Part shown: positions 13,108 to 24,100 of the stretch, piece after piece | Position numbering within the stretch: the stretch's first letter is position 1 | Layout of the letters: every line of letters starts with the position of its first letter | From: Sminthopsis crassicaudata | Taxonomy: Eukaryota | Direction of reading: 5' to 3' | NCBI RefSeq assembly: GCF_048593235.1 | Contig: NC_133618.1 | Coordinates: 453,076,947 to 453,140,946 of the forward strand | DNA length: 64,000 bases | Notes under the pieces: generated by a model | Database searches by the model: none | What the model saw: the letters and a program-made list of their open reading frames with translations, nothing else | Told to the model about the DNA's origin: nothing | Position numbers and translations under genes: made by a program

Positions 13108-13523
13108 TAAACTCAGTGGGACAGGTCGGGTACAAGACCCCTTCCCAATGAGCTAATCAGAGACATCACCAGGTACAAAGAGAAAGCATTTATTTAATCC
13201 GTCAGGGAGAGGCCCAGACACACATCCAGGAGACATCCCATGCCATGTGCTCCTGGAATCTCGTCAGCTTCCGGCTTGTCCAGGGTTTAAAAGCAAAAGA
13301 CTTGAGCCTTCTCATTAGATAAACTAAAAGGACATAACCATCCTTGACCAATGGTCACCAATGCTGGCTGCCTTCCACATGCCAAGTCACTTCCTGCAAC
13401 TTCCTGTATCTCCAGGTTCAAAGTTCATCCCTCCAGAGATCAAATGACCTCTCAAGGTCTCAGATCTGAAAACAGGGATCATATGACTCAATATTGAGAA
13501 ATACTTCTAATCAGTCCCATTCA
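13108..13523 (-). mobile_element. 5' LTR of a class I (gamma-like) ERV
   Basis: Minus strand begins TGAATGGGAC, has a TTTAAA box (~13286-13291) and AATAAA (13189-13194), and is directly followed by a tRNA-Pro PBS. It abuts an L1 3' tail at 13524 onward. Confidence 0.75.
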
Positions 13524-14204
13524 TGTGGAACACAAGGTTTTTTGCAGGGGTGAATGTTGAAGACTATCTTTGCATGTATTTTTAAAAATAAAAAGCTATT
13601 GTAAAAAATGATTGAGAAAAAAACAAATGAGAGACTTCCAAGGCATGGTGGGGTCAGGAGAGACCATGGGGGAGGAGGGAGGGAAAGGCATCCTGAAGCA
13701 GAATGCAGTGGTGGACTGATCCAAAGGAAGGCAGTGAGTACAGCATGGCCATAAGTAGATTTTACAGGGGAAATTTAACCTCAAGGTCATGACTGGGATT
13801 TCTGACTGGACAAGGCAAGGGTAGACTACTGGATTCTTCTATAGAAGAGAGAGAAGATCAAGGGTTTGATATAACTTGGATTTTTGACTGGACCGCCTTC
13901 CCATAGGGTGGAACTGTGGAGCTAAACTAATCTCTGTTAGAGCCTTCTCCCTGCTGCCTCGGGGATCAATTCTTTAGCTTCTTTCTGCCCAACACACTCA
14001 CCTCTTAGGACCTTATCACTTTGACCTATTCTATTGTTGACCTGGGCCAATTTGGCCCTCAGGCATCTTGGTAGCCTCCCCTCCCCCCCACTATATTGAT
14101 GCTAAACTTAGCCTACTGTATCTACTGCATTGTCAGGATCTAAAGACCTACTGCACTAAGTTGTTACTGTTTTCTAAGCCCGGAGGTAGAATAGTGGATG
14201 TTGT

Positions 14205-14425
14205 TGAGTTGCTTTTTATGTGTGTCCAACTCTTTACAATCCCTTTGGGGTTTTCTTGGTAAGAGTAATTTGCCATTTCCTTCTCCAGCTCATTTTACAG
14301 ATGAAGAAACTGAGATAAACCGGGTGAAGCGACCTGCCCAGGGTCACACAGCTAGTGAGTGTCTGGGGCCACATTTGAGCTCAAGATGATGCCTGGCTGA
14401 CTCCAGGCCTAGAGCTCAGTCCGCT
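14205..14425 (-). mobile_element. MAR1-like SINE (CORE plus RTE-type tail)
   Basis: ttggggttttcttgg...ttgccatttccttctccagctcattttacagatgaagaaactgag...gcccagggtcacacagctag. Confidence 0.75.
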
Positions 14426-15368
14426 GGCTGGATCTGGAGAACCTGAACCGCGTATTTACCAGACGTGTGAGTCCAGACAAGTCACTTAATCTCTCTTCTT
14501 CAATAAAATAGGGATAATAGCACCTACTTCACGTGGTTGTAGTAAGGATCAAATGAGAAATGACATTTAAGGTGCTTTGAAATATTAAAATATTGTGCAA
14601 ATGCTAATTATAAGGCAATCGATTAATTATGAAGCAAATGCCGGAACTGAAGTCTCAAAGACCCGAGGGAAAATTTTACTTATCTTGGGCACATATTGTG
14701 TGACTTTGGCTAAGTCATTTAAGTTACTCATTCGCCTCTGGTCCTCTCAGCAGGGGACTTACTTTATCAAGAGGTCATTTATCGGGAACACCCCCTTTTT
14801 GTTCTCTACCTCATTCACCCTCATCTGCCCCACTTCCCTCTCTGCTTTAGTTCTTGGTAGAAGTGACCTTTCACCTCGCCAAGGTCAGCCTCTCCGCCTG
14901 TGCCTCGTTCTCGTTCTTTTTGGTCTGCTCCAGGATCTTGACTTCTGTGACATTGTTTCTCTCCCCTCCCTCCCCCCCTTGCTTATTTTTTCCCCCTGTT
15001 TACGTTGTTGTGTGCGTGGGGTGGATCTATGTGCTGCCTGTTACACGTCGGCTCCCTCTCGTGTATCTGGGGATCTCCACGAGCCGTTTCCAGGCCGGAG
15101 CGCGCTCTCTCCTCCTCCCCGCCTTTAGCATCTTTCGCTTCTTTTAACGCTGCCCCGGTGTCGCGGCCCACGGGAAGTTTCTCCCAGCATGCTCAGCTAC
15201 CAGCTGTTCTTATTTCAGTGGGCCGCGCGCGAGTCCCGCGTTAGAGCGTCGGCCGGAGGGGTGGGAAGTTGACGTGGTTTTTGCACTCCCTTTTTTACCC
15301 CCAGCGCACCGTGTAACAGAGCAGGCATTTAATGGCTAATAGTTGTATTAAATAAGTAGAAAACGGAC

Positions 15369-15374
15369 TTTATT
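15369..15374 (-). terminator. Polyadenylation signal AATAAA of SLC52A3
   Basis: Plus strand tttatt at 15369-15374, about 385 nt after the stop codon, followed on the minus strand by U-rich sequence. Confidence 0.8.
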
Positions 15375-15757
15375 GATCTCAGAAGTGACACATTTGTCCA
15401 TCTGAACCACAAAGGCGGAGGACGCTGTGGGGCCTGAGTCCCGGGAAGGCCCGTCACAGGCTTGCCTCGGTGAAGCCCGGGCCGTAGGGTTCCGGAGAGC
15501 CTGGCTCCCGAGCCCGCCTCCTCCCCCGCAGAGCGGAGCGCGCCCGAGCCGAGGACCGCGGCCTCTGAGAGCACCGGCCACGTGGAATCTGTGACGCGGA
15601 GACCGGACGGCTGGTGGCCCAGGTCCGGGAGGCCTCGGCGCTGCCGGGGACGGACGGGGAGAGCAGGGCGGGGCTGTCCGAGCCGGTGTCCGAGGGACGC
15701 TCGGGCGGGACGGCTTAGGCGGCCCTGGCCAGTGGAGAAGCTGTCTCGTGCGCGCCT

Positions 15758-15970
15758 TCAGCTGGGACACAGCTGGCCGCTTCCATCGGCGGACTTAAAA
15801 AAGTGCCACACGTTGACGAGAGGAAACATGAGTATCGCCCCAAATGCAGAGCCCAGCTGTTCCGCCGCGCCACACCACACGAGGGCGCTGTGACTTAGGT
15901 CACGTAGCAGCACCCCAGTCATCACCTTCACGTAGCTCAGGGTCCCCGTGAAAAGCACCCAAGAGAGAAC
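15758..15970 (-). CDS. SLC52A3: RFVT3 last coding exon (213 nt including TGA)
   Basis: Acceptor tctctttgtgccttcag|GTT. Encodes [70 protein letters not shown], homologous to the human C-terminus. Total CDS 1392 nt, 463 aa. Confidence 0.96.
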   Translation of the reverse strand, partial: VLSWVLFTGTLSYVKVMTGVLLRDLSHSALVWCGAAEQLGSAFGAILMFPLVNVWHFFKSADGSGQLCPS

Positions 15971-16159
15971 CTGAAGGCACAAAGAGAGACATTTTCCTTC
16001 ACCTGAGACAGGATCAAAAAGTGCTCTCGGAGGCTGTAACGGAGCCCAAGCAGCTGTTTCCCTTCAGCACCAATGGGAGGGTCCCCGAGGTGACTCCCCA
16101 CCCCCAGGGTCCGATACTTTACTCTGGTCCCGAGGGACCTGCGGCAGAACAGAGGCGGA

Positions 16160-16235
16160 GGGGGGGGATGGGGCGGGAGGGGAGAGGGGAGGATGGGGCG
16201 GTTGGGGAAGGAGAGGGGGGATGGGGCGGGAGGGG
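16160..16235 (+). other. G-quadruplex-forming G-run array in the last SLC52A3 intron
   Basis: More than ten runs of 3 or more G, with a repeated ggatggggcg(gg) motif, starting about 14 nt into the intron from the donor. Confidence 0.6.
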
Positions 16236-16248
16236 CAAGAGTACTCAC

Positions 16249-16372
16249 AATGAGGGCTTCTCCCCATGCGGAGCCCTTCAGCGGGGGGCAGGGACTCAGG
16301 ACGGCCGTGGCCATGTTGTAGGCTCCGAAGCCAGTGCCCACCACCGTGACGACCCCCAGCCATGAGAGAGAT
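16249..16372 (-). CDS. SLC52A3: RFVT3 second coding exon (124 nt)
   Basis: Acceptor cttcctccccag|A, donor ATT|gtgagt. Encodes (R)[41 protein letters not shown]. Phase is compatible with both neighbours and length equals the recalled 124-nt human exon. Confidence 0.96.
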
Positions 16373-18186
16373 CTGGGGAGGAAGCACAAGGTTCTCTTGT
16401 GAAGAAGCGAGAGTACCTTTCCCTTCCCTCCCGTATACATCCATATCTCCAGAGTGAACTTCTAGGGGAAGCCTTACCCAGCGGGCCTGCCCCCCTGCCG
16501 CAGCCACGGAAGAATGTGGCATCCAGGAGGAACGATCAGTGTCTCTGCTACTTCTGTAACACTTGGGGAAATGTCCCTACTTAGGCCTCAGTCTCCTGAT
16601 CTGTGATTATGACTAAAGGAACCTCGGACAAGAACACAGCAGATAGAGAACCGCCCTTGAACCTGATCCTGGCACGGAGTTGGTTCCCACTCAATCCCTG
16701 TCTATTCTCTAAGGTCCCTCCAAGCTCCGATTTATGACATTCATTTGGACTTGCTTCTGTTAACACTATAAATGTTCTTTTTCCGTCTGCCCACACTGTC
16801 TCAGCCAAGAGTCCATGATGTCTTGGAGGAAAGGAACAGTGTTCCCCATGTTCCTGTTTTCCCAAAGCCTGTAAATACTAAAGCTGGGCTCTGCACACGA
16901 GGGATATTCAGTTTATACAGTCGATGCAGAATCTGCCAACCTTCGTATATTCAAGGGGAGAGGCGGCCTTCAGTGGAGACCTAGAATCCAAACAAGTCCA
17001 GGAGCTCAGTTCCTCCCTGCCCCTTTCCCTGCTTCTAACCGTCCTTTTCATGGCTGGAAGTAACTAATGTAAGGTGACTTAAGAGGTGACTTGCCACAAA
17101 CTAAGACATCTAACCCAGGAGCAGAAATTCACCGAATATGATCTGAAAGGGAACCTTAGAACATAGAATATTTGTCCAGTGGACAAAATCTGAAAGATTG
17201 GTGGCGTGCAGGGGAAAGAGCATTCACTGGCGCCAGAGACAGAGAATCCAGATTCAAATCCCGTTTCTTGACAGTACCTCTTCACCTAAGAATAAGCAGG
17301 AAGATCCAAGTTCTAATTTATTCCAGATACTTCCTAGCTGTGTGGCCTTGGGCAAAGCACTTAACTCTTTTTGCCTCAGTTTCCTCAGCTATAAAATGAG
17401 TTGAGGAAGGAAATGGCAAACCCCTTCTGTACCTCAAAAATCCCAAGCGGAGTCAGGAAGAGTTAGCCTTGAATGAAAGGACTGACTGAAGGACAAAAAC
17501 AATGTTTAACAATACTTAGCTTCCTTCCAAGTTCAAGTCTGCCTTTATACAGTCAAGAAACTTTTCCATTTAGATCCTTTTAGTTATCTGTGTTTTCTTT
17601 CTCTTTAGTTTATCTTATCTTTAATTCTCATATTGTAAACCATGTTTATAATATAAATAGATCAATCAATCAATCAATATTTAAACTGCATAATTTACTT
17701 AACATCCCTAGGCTTCAATTTCCTTATCTGCAAAAAGAAAGGTTGGATTAGGTCACCAGTTTTTAATGATTTTTGTATCATAGAATCCTTTGACAATCTT
17801 ATAAAGCTTATGGATCCTTTCTCAGAATAATGTGTTTTACACTATGCAAGAAAGTGCAAATATTTTTAAAAAACCAAGTCTACAGAATCCAAGTTAAGAA
17901 CCTCTGGACTAGATGGACTCGGGTCTCATCCAGTTATACATCCATTCTTTAATTTTGCTTAGTTTAGAGGAAAAGAAATTTGGGGCCAAGAGAGGGAGTA
18001 TGATTTGCCCAAGTTAATGGCAAAGCTGGCATTAGGACCCTGAGGTCTTTACTTCCTAGTCAAATTTTTTTGTACTCCATCATTCTGCCTCTCGGGAGGC
18101 TGCTCCTTGTTACTTCTCCTTTCCCTATTCCTAACTCTTTCCTACTCTATTCCCCATCCCTCCCATGGAGAGCCAGGGTCACTCAC

Positions 18187-19241
18187 CTACTGGATAGGCA
18201 CATAGCCAGGAGGCAGGAGAGAGGATTGGCCATGGCACTAAGTGCTGCAGACAGGTGATAGGCCATAGAACCATAGGGCATGCAAGAGTAAGTCTGGACA
18301 GAGGGGAGGATTCCATTGGTGAGGGCATTCACAAAGACCACCAAAAAGTAGATGAAGGCTAATTGGGCCTGCGGCCGGATGATGACCTGCTTCTCTTCAG
18401 GCAGGACTACAGATGGGCAGCTGTCTCTGTTGCTGCTGCCAGTTTCCTGAAGCTGGAAGGATTTGAGAGTCACCTGACTGACCAGGAGATCCTCAGTAGA
18501 GAGTTCCCACTGCTTAGGGAGACGAGTCAGTCCGAAGAAGGCAGCCAGGCAGCTGGCCATCATGACTGTCAGCAGGAGAAAAAAGACAAAGGGGGAGAAG
18601 TTGGCTGGCAGGTAACAGGTCTCTGGCTGAGGGGTGCTGGTGGTGAGATCAGGGTTCACAGTGATGTTCAGTGACTCAAGGATGAAAGATGCTTTAGTGC
18701 TATTAGGTGGCTCAGTGGTTATAGAGCTATTGGTGACTTGGGCACAGGTGTTGAGCCCTGAGCCTTGGGCCAGAGCCACCAGAGCAGGGAGGAGACCACT
18801 CAGGCCTTCCCCAACAAAGAAGGAGGTTAGGTACCGGGCTGGCAGGCGGGCCATGAAGGGCAGGAAAGTGACAGAAGAGGTGCAGTCCACCAGAGCCAGG
18901 AAGAAGGTAAGGACCAGGAAAGCTGTGCTATGGGGAGCACCAGCCACCACCGATGTCTTCTCCCACAGGAAAGCGAAGAGGAGGCAGGCAATCGTGCCCA
19001 CAGCCAGCACTGCATAGATGATGGGGACCTCAGGGAGGCAGCCAGGCCGGAACCGGTGGAGCAGAGTGATGAGGAGAGGTCCCACATTGGCTAGCTGGAT
19101 GATGATCGTGAGGTAAGAGGGAAGGTACCAACCCTCAGGTAGTTTTTCTACCAGCAGAGGCAACTCTACCCAGAGTCCGTTGATGGCCACCCAGGAGCCA
19201 GAGCCAAAGATGCATACCAATAGGTGGGTGAGCAGAGCCAT
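18187..19241 (-). CDS. SLC52A3: Riboflavin transporter RFVT3, first coding exon (1055 nt, codons 1-351 plus 2 nt of R352)
   Basis: Reads [31 protein letters not shown]...WYLPSYLT...[18 protein letters not shown]...[22 protein letters not shown]...[16 protein letters not shown], closely matching human SLC52A3 as I recall it. ATG at 19241 follows an acceptor at 19289; the exon ends AG|GTGAGT (phase 2). Confidence 0.96.
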
Positions 19242-19290
19242 GGGGTCTCTTTGCTGGGGATTTCCAGGTTTGTCTAAGTTCTCCCCTACT
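19242..19290 (-). other. SLC52A3: 5' UTR part of the first coding exon with tandem CAG/TAG (NAGNAG) splice acceptor
   Basis: Minus strand tttcctttttacttCAG|TAG|GGGAG about 47 nt upstream of the ATG; implies an upstream non-coding exon. Confidence 0.75.
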
Positions 19291-21073
19291 GAAGTAAAAA
19301 GGAAATTGTTTAATTTGCAGTATTTACCCACAGAACTTTTGTACCTTGCTCCCACATTTTAAAAGCCAACATCAAGGGGAAATATCACCATACATTGTTC
19401 CTCCATCACTGACATAAATTCTCTCCTCTTCTCTCTCCCTTCTTCCCTAACCTCCTCACAAGGCTTAGTAAGAGCAGGTGAAAAGGTGTGAACAGCATAG
19501 AATCATATATGTCAGAGTTAGAAAGTAGCATAAGAACTAGGAGGAACCTTCAACCTAAGTTGGAACTCTTTTTTAAACAGAGTCTCAGAGATGGGAAGAG
19601 GTTGGACCACTGGCCAGGAGACAGATGTCGGGGAAACCTGACTGACAGTGGATTTCTACTCCTGAGAGGTCAGGGAAGTGGGAGGAGTATGGACAAGGAG
19701 AAACTAGAAAGGATATTAAAGAGGAAGCAGGAGGAGGGCAGCTTAAACATGGAGATACAAACTTCTAGTTGTAGTGAAGAAATAAAGCAACCACTTGGGT
19801 GTATGTGAGTGAAGAGTTTGGGTGGGCGTGGAGAGGGCAGGTTGCCAGTAGTGCATTTTGGTTTGAAGTAGAGGTTTTGTTTGGGGAATTCGCCTGAGAG
19901 GACCTTGTTTCCTGAATGTCCAAGGAGAACCAAAGGAGATATAAATATAGAGTGAACAATGGAGAGGCATTGAGTGAGAAAGAGCCAGAGGACCTGAATG
20001 AGAGAGAGAGGAGAGAATGAGGGATCAGCAGAAAGAGAGAATTGTGCAGAAGAAACAGAGTAGATGGGGGAGAGAGAAGAGTGAATGAGAGATAGGATGA
20101 GAAAGAGTCACAGAGGAAGAAAGGTAGGGAGAGGAAGTGAGAAATAGAGTAAGAGAGATGCAGAGTGCATCCAAAAGGAGAAAATGAATGGGTGTGTGTA
20201 AGTGTGAAACACAGGATTTGGTGTTTAGCAGGACTGGATGTTCATGATTATGTGGTTATGCCCTTAGCTTTAGGCAGAAGTTCACATGTCCCATCTCCTC
20301 TTCCCCCACATCTCCCACCCTATACACAGGCATCTGCCTTTAGCTCCTATGTTTCCCTCCCAGACAAGCCAGAACTCTAGGAGGGAGGCTGGCTTGAGAG
20401 CAGATTGGAAACTACTTTATTTGCAGAAAATAATACTTTTCTAAGCACTTTCAGAAGCAGGAAGAGGCAGATCAGGAATTAAACACATTTTGTGTTTTTG
20501 TTCAGGACTTATGATTTAGGGAGTGGAAACTCCTTCCACTATTGTAGATAAGCAACTCATCTGTAACTTAACCAGCTTAGAATTTCCTTGTGAGTTGAGA
20601 AATTAAGTGACCTTCTTGTGATTACATTGCTAATATGTGAAAGCTTAAGCTTTCCTGGCTCCAAGATTTGTCCCATACCCACTATGGCATGGCACCTCTT
20701 ACAACCCAATTCTACAGAAAAGGAAATGGAAAAAGAAGGAAGGTCTTCTGAATTGGGCTGGAGTGATCTTGTTTAGCAGGAGTGAAGTTGATGGGCATGT
20801 GATTGGCTTTAGTGAACCTGGGTTACTGGTTGGGGCAGTCTTAAAAAAATACTTTCTTGTTATTGTGTTCCCAGCACTTAGCCCAGTGCTAAGTGCTTGG
20901 CACATAGTAGATACTTAAGAAAAAGTTTATTGGATTGAATTAGGAGTGAGACAGTCTTTGTTCATTCAACCTCAGTCCCTACAGCAGTGACCCTAACCCA
21001 GGTTAGGCTATTCTTTGGAGGGCTGGGAGCTTGTGCTAACTCACTCTTTCCCAAGGCTGGGTATATTTTATAT

Positions 21074-21149
21074 TCAAAAGCATCAATTTTGTCCTGGGAA
21101 TCCTCCTGCCATCAAAAGCATCAATTTTGTCCTGGGAATCCTCCTGCCA
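21074..21149. repeat. Perfect tandem duplication, 38-bp unit, 2 copies
   Basis: tcaaaagcatcaattttgtcctgggaatcctcctgcca twice. Confidence 0.95.
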
Positions 21150-24100
21150 ACTTCTTAATTCTTTAGCATGATATAATGAGAATTGTGGTGGGAGGGAGAT
21201 TGGAAGAGGAGAGAAGGAATAGCTCTCAGTCCCTCCACTCCTGGTTTTGGAGAAACCTAGAAGATGAAAGAATTCTGAGTCACTGTTGGATTTCTCTACT
21301 CTGTTAGCATTAGGAGCTGTGTTAGTGGGAGTAGGAAGAGAGGTTACATGTTTCTCCAGGAACTGCTAAGTCAGCTATTTCACAGGTTATTCCATGCTTT
21401 GAAATTTGACTATGAGATAAACTGAGTTTGCAGGCGATTGGAAGAGCTGAGGTGGGAGGAAAGTGTTTATCAATTGATAAACTGTGCTGTGATTACCGCA
21501 CAGAATAGTGGATAGGATACTGGATTTGTTACCAGAAAGATGGCCTAGGTTCAAGTTCTTGCCTTAGAAAGTAGCTATGAAAGCCTGTTAAATCACTAAC
21601 CTCTTTATGCCTTAGTTTCTTCATCTTTAAAAGAAGGAAGGATGGATTTAGTACTTTTTAGGATTCTCTCAGCTCTGCTTAGATGTAGAGCCATCTAAAT
21701 AGTGCAACAAGGCTAAGTAGAATCCTAGCTTCAGAGCTAGACAGGACTTTTGGAAGTCCTAATTCTGGTTTTACCAGAATGCTATATAATTGCAGTAACA
21801 TGCCTTAGAGCTAAAAGGGACCTAAAGGATTCACTGCTCTGGTGTCTTCATTTTACCTAGAAAACAATTTAGTAAGTTACAGAGAGAGAATTTGATTTCA
21901 GATCTTTTGATCTGCTCTCCCCACTGTATGGTCATTTCTCAATACAGTCATGGATTTGAAAAATAGACTTTCCCCATCCTCCAAAGAGCTGGGACACTGA
22001 GGCTGAACAGATGACAGGCAGGCAGGTAGGTACTCAGCCAATCTTCTATGGGAACAAAGGAAATCTTTCCTGCATATTAGATGTTATAAATTAGGCAAAC
22101 ATTGACACTAAAATGGGTGAGGCTCTCAGTAGCTTTAATTGCCTGATCTTTTCATGAGTCAGAACTGACTGGATTAGTTTTCTAGATTTTCAGGAGGACT
22201 TCCTGAAAGAAAGGGAATTTTCTTTAGGCTACTCCTTGATTCTTTCCTGCCTCTTACTGGCACTCTTCCTAGGGAAAGGCTTAGATTTAGAGCCTCAAGG
22301 GCTCATAGAATTTAGAGTTCAGTGAACTGTAGAGTTCTTGAAATACATTTAACAGAAGAAATTGAGACCAGATTAGGGAGTTGATTTTGCCTAAAGTCAC
22401 ATAGGGGATTAGTAGCAGAACTGGGTTTGAACACAGGCCCTGTGATTTCATGTCTAACACTCTTTCCCTGAGTGACTGCCTCTCAAATTCTTTTTAGCTT
22501 GTAATCCAATTTCTCCCCTTTATTCCCTCCCCTAGCTAATTTTGTTTTTCTGATTCCTCAATTTCTTTTCCCCATCTCCCCTGAAATACTTTACCTACCC
22601 CCAACCCAAGCCTGGTAGGTATACCTTTCCTGCAAAGGTCCATTTCTTCCAAATATTATTTTTGTTGGTTTGTTATAATGGAACTAGTGTTAGTTCTTAG
22701 TATAGGAATAAGGAAAGTTTTCAATTCTACCACATTTCTTGGATATCATGTATGACATGTTATTCCATTTGCCTAATTAGAATATTTACATAAGTGTTCT
22801 TTTTGGCTAATAGTCTATTTTCAAGTGTCCCTTTCCAATTCCCATTCTCTTCATTCTCTCCTGGAATTCATAAGTTCTAAGTATCTTTTTAGTTACTAGA
22901 CTTGTTAAGTCTAAGATTCTACAAATTATGCCTCATTCTAACCATCCATCATTGTGCCCCATAACTTCTCATTAAGGTTTAGTCAGATCCCACATATCAG
23001 ACTCATTTTGTCCTGGGTCATGGACTCACACATGTTCTCCACAACTTGGACTGCTCAGTATCTCCATTTTTACCTCTCCACTCCTTGGTTATCCTTCAGT
23101 CTCAGAGTCTGGTTTTATCCCCTCAGAAAATCTTTCTGGAATAGTTACAAATATCTACAATATCAGGACTGGAAGGGTTTTAGACCCTCTAGTCCAGTCT
23201 CCTTATTTGAAAAGGGACATAGTAAACAGAGCTGGGAGCAGACCTCAGATGTGCTATTTTATGATTTGATGGATCTTGGATAAATTAACCTTTCTCAATC
23301 CAGTTTTTCCATCTGTAAAATGAAGAGACTGGATTAGTGCCATCTGTTTTTTTCCAGTTCAGCATCTATGATCTTTTGAGTTCCAGACAGGGATTCTCAA
23401 GTCCACAGTTATCACTAACTTTTCTGAATTATGTGGATACTTACAGTCTGTCCCATGCAATCAAACACTGGAGCACATGCTGTCTTGAATAGTTTTAATT
23501 GTTTGTCTTCCCAGTCAAACTGTATTCACAAGTTGTCAAACTATAGCATTCAAGGTGGAATGCCTGTTTAGTCTTTGGATGTGCATCTTGGTCTCATCAT
23601 TATTGAGGTGTGGTAGAAAATGCACTGGTTCTGGAGAAAGAAGATTTTATTTCAAATCCTGTTTGGGATATTCCTTACCTCAAAATCTTAAACATATCAT
23701 TTTTTCTTTCTTAGCCTTGGTTGCCTCATCAGCAAAATGAGGGGGTTTTGCTATTTGGCCTTTAGGGTCCCTTCCAGCTCTATATATTTGCTGGATGATT
23801 TCTATAAGTTGGCAGAATCACACAGCCAGAATGAAGAACATTATATATGGAAGGAACAGCATAGAAGATTAGTATGAGCGATTTTGACTAAAGTGGAAAG
23901 TCCTATCAGAAAGGAATGAAATCATCTGAATGGTTAGATTGGGACACAATCAGAAACACAGAATGCTTGAGCTGAAAAGTACCTTATAGCATAAAGAGAA
24001 AGCATCAAATTCAACCTCTAATTTTCAGAAAGCAGCTGAGGGTTTAGTGGATAGAATGCCTGTCATCTTCTTGAGTCCATTTTTAACCACAGATACTGAC

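Larger units (their letters stand above)
14850..16500. promoter_or_regulatory. CpG island over the last exons, 3' UTR and downstream flank of SLC52A3
   Basis: Dense CpG/GC content (e.g. ggccgcgcgcgagtcccgcg, gagcggagcgcgcccgagccgaggaccgcgg) against a CpG-depleted background; boundaries judged by eye. Confidence 0.85.

Noticed and set aside
14595-16865. Many overlapping 60-177 aa ORFs on both strands
   Set aside because: Expected shadow ORFs in GC-rich CpG-island DNA; no recognisable domains apart from the SLC52A3 exons.
18363-19087. Plus-strand and alternate-frame ORFs over the large SLC52A3 exon
   Set aside because: Antisense or off-frame shadows of the real CDS.
19242-19355. 38-aa N-terminal extension in the ORF track (MGARYKSS...RDP)
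   Set aside because: It crosses a clear splice acceptor at 19289, and homology to SLC52A3 starts only at MALLTH.
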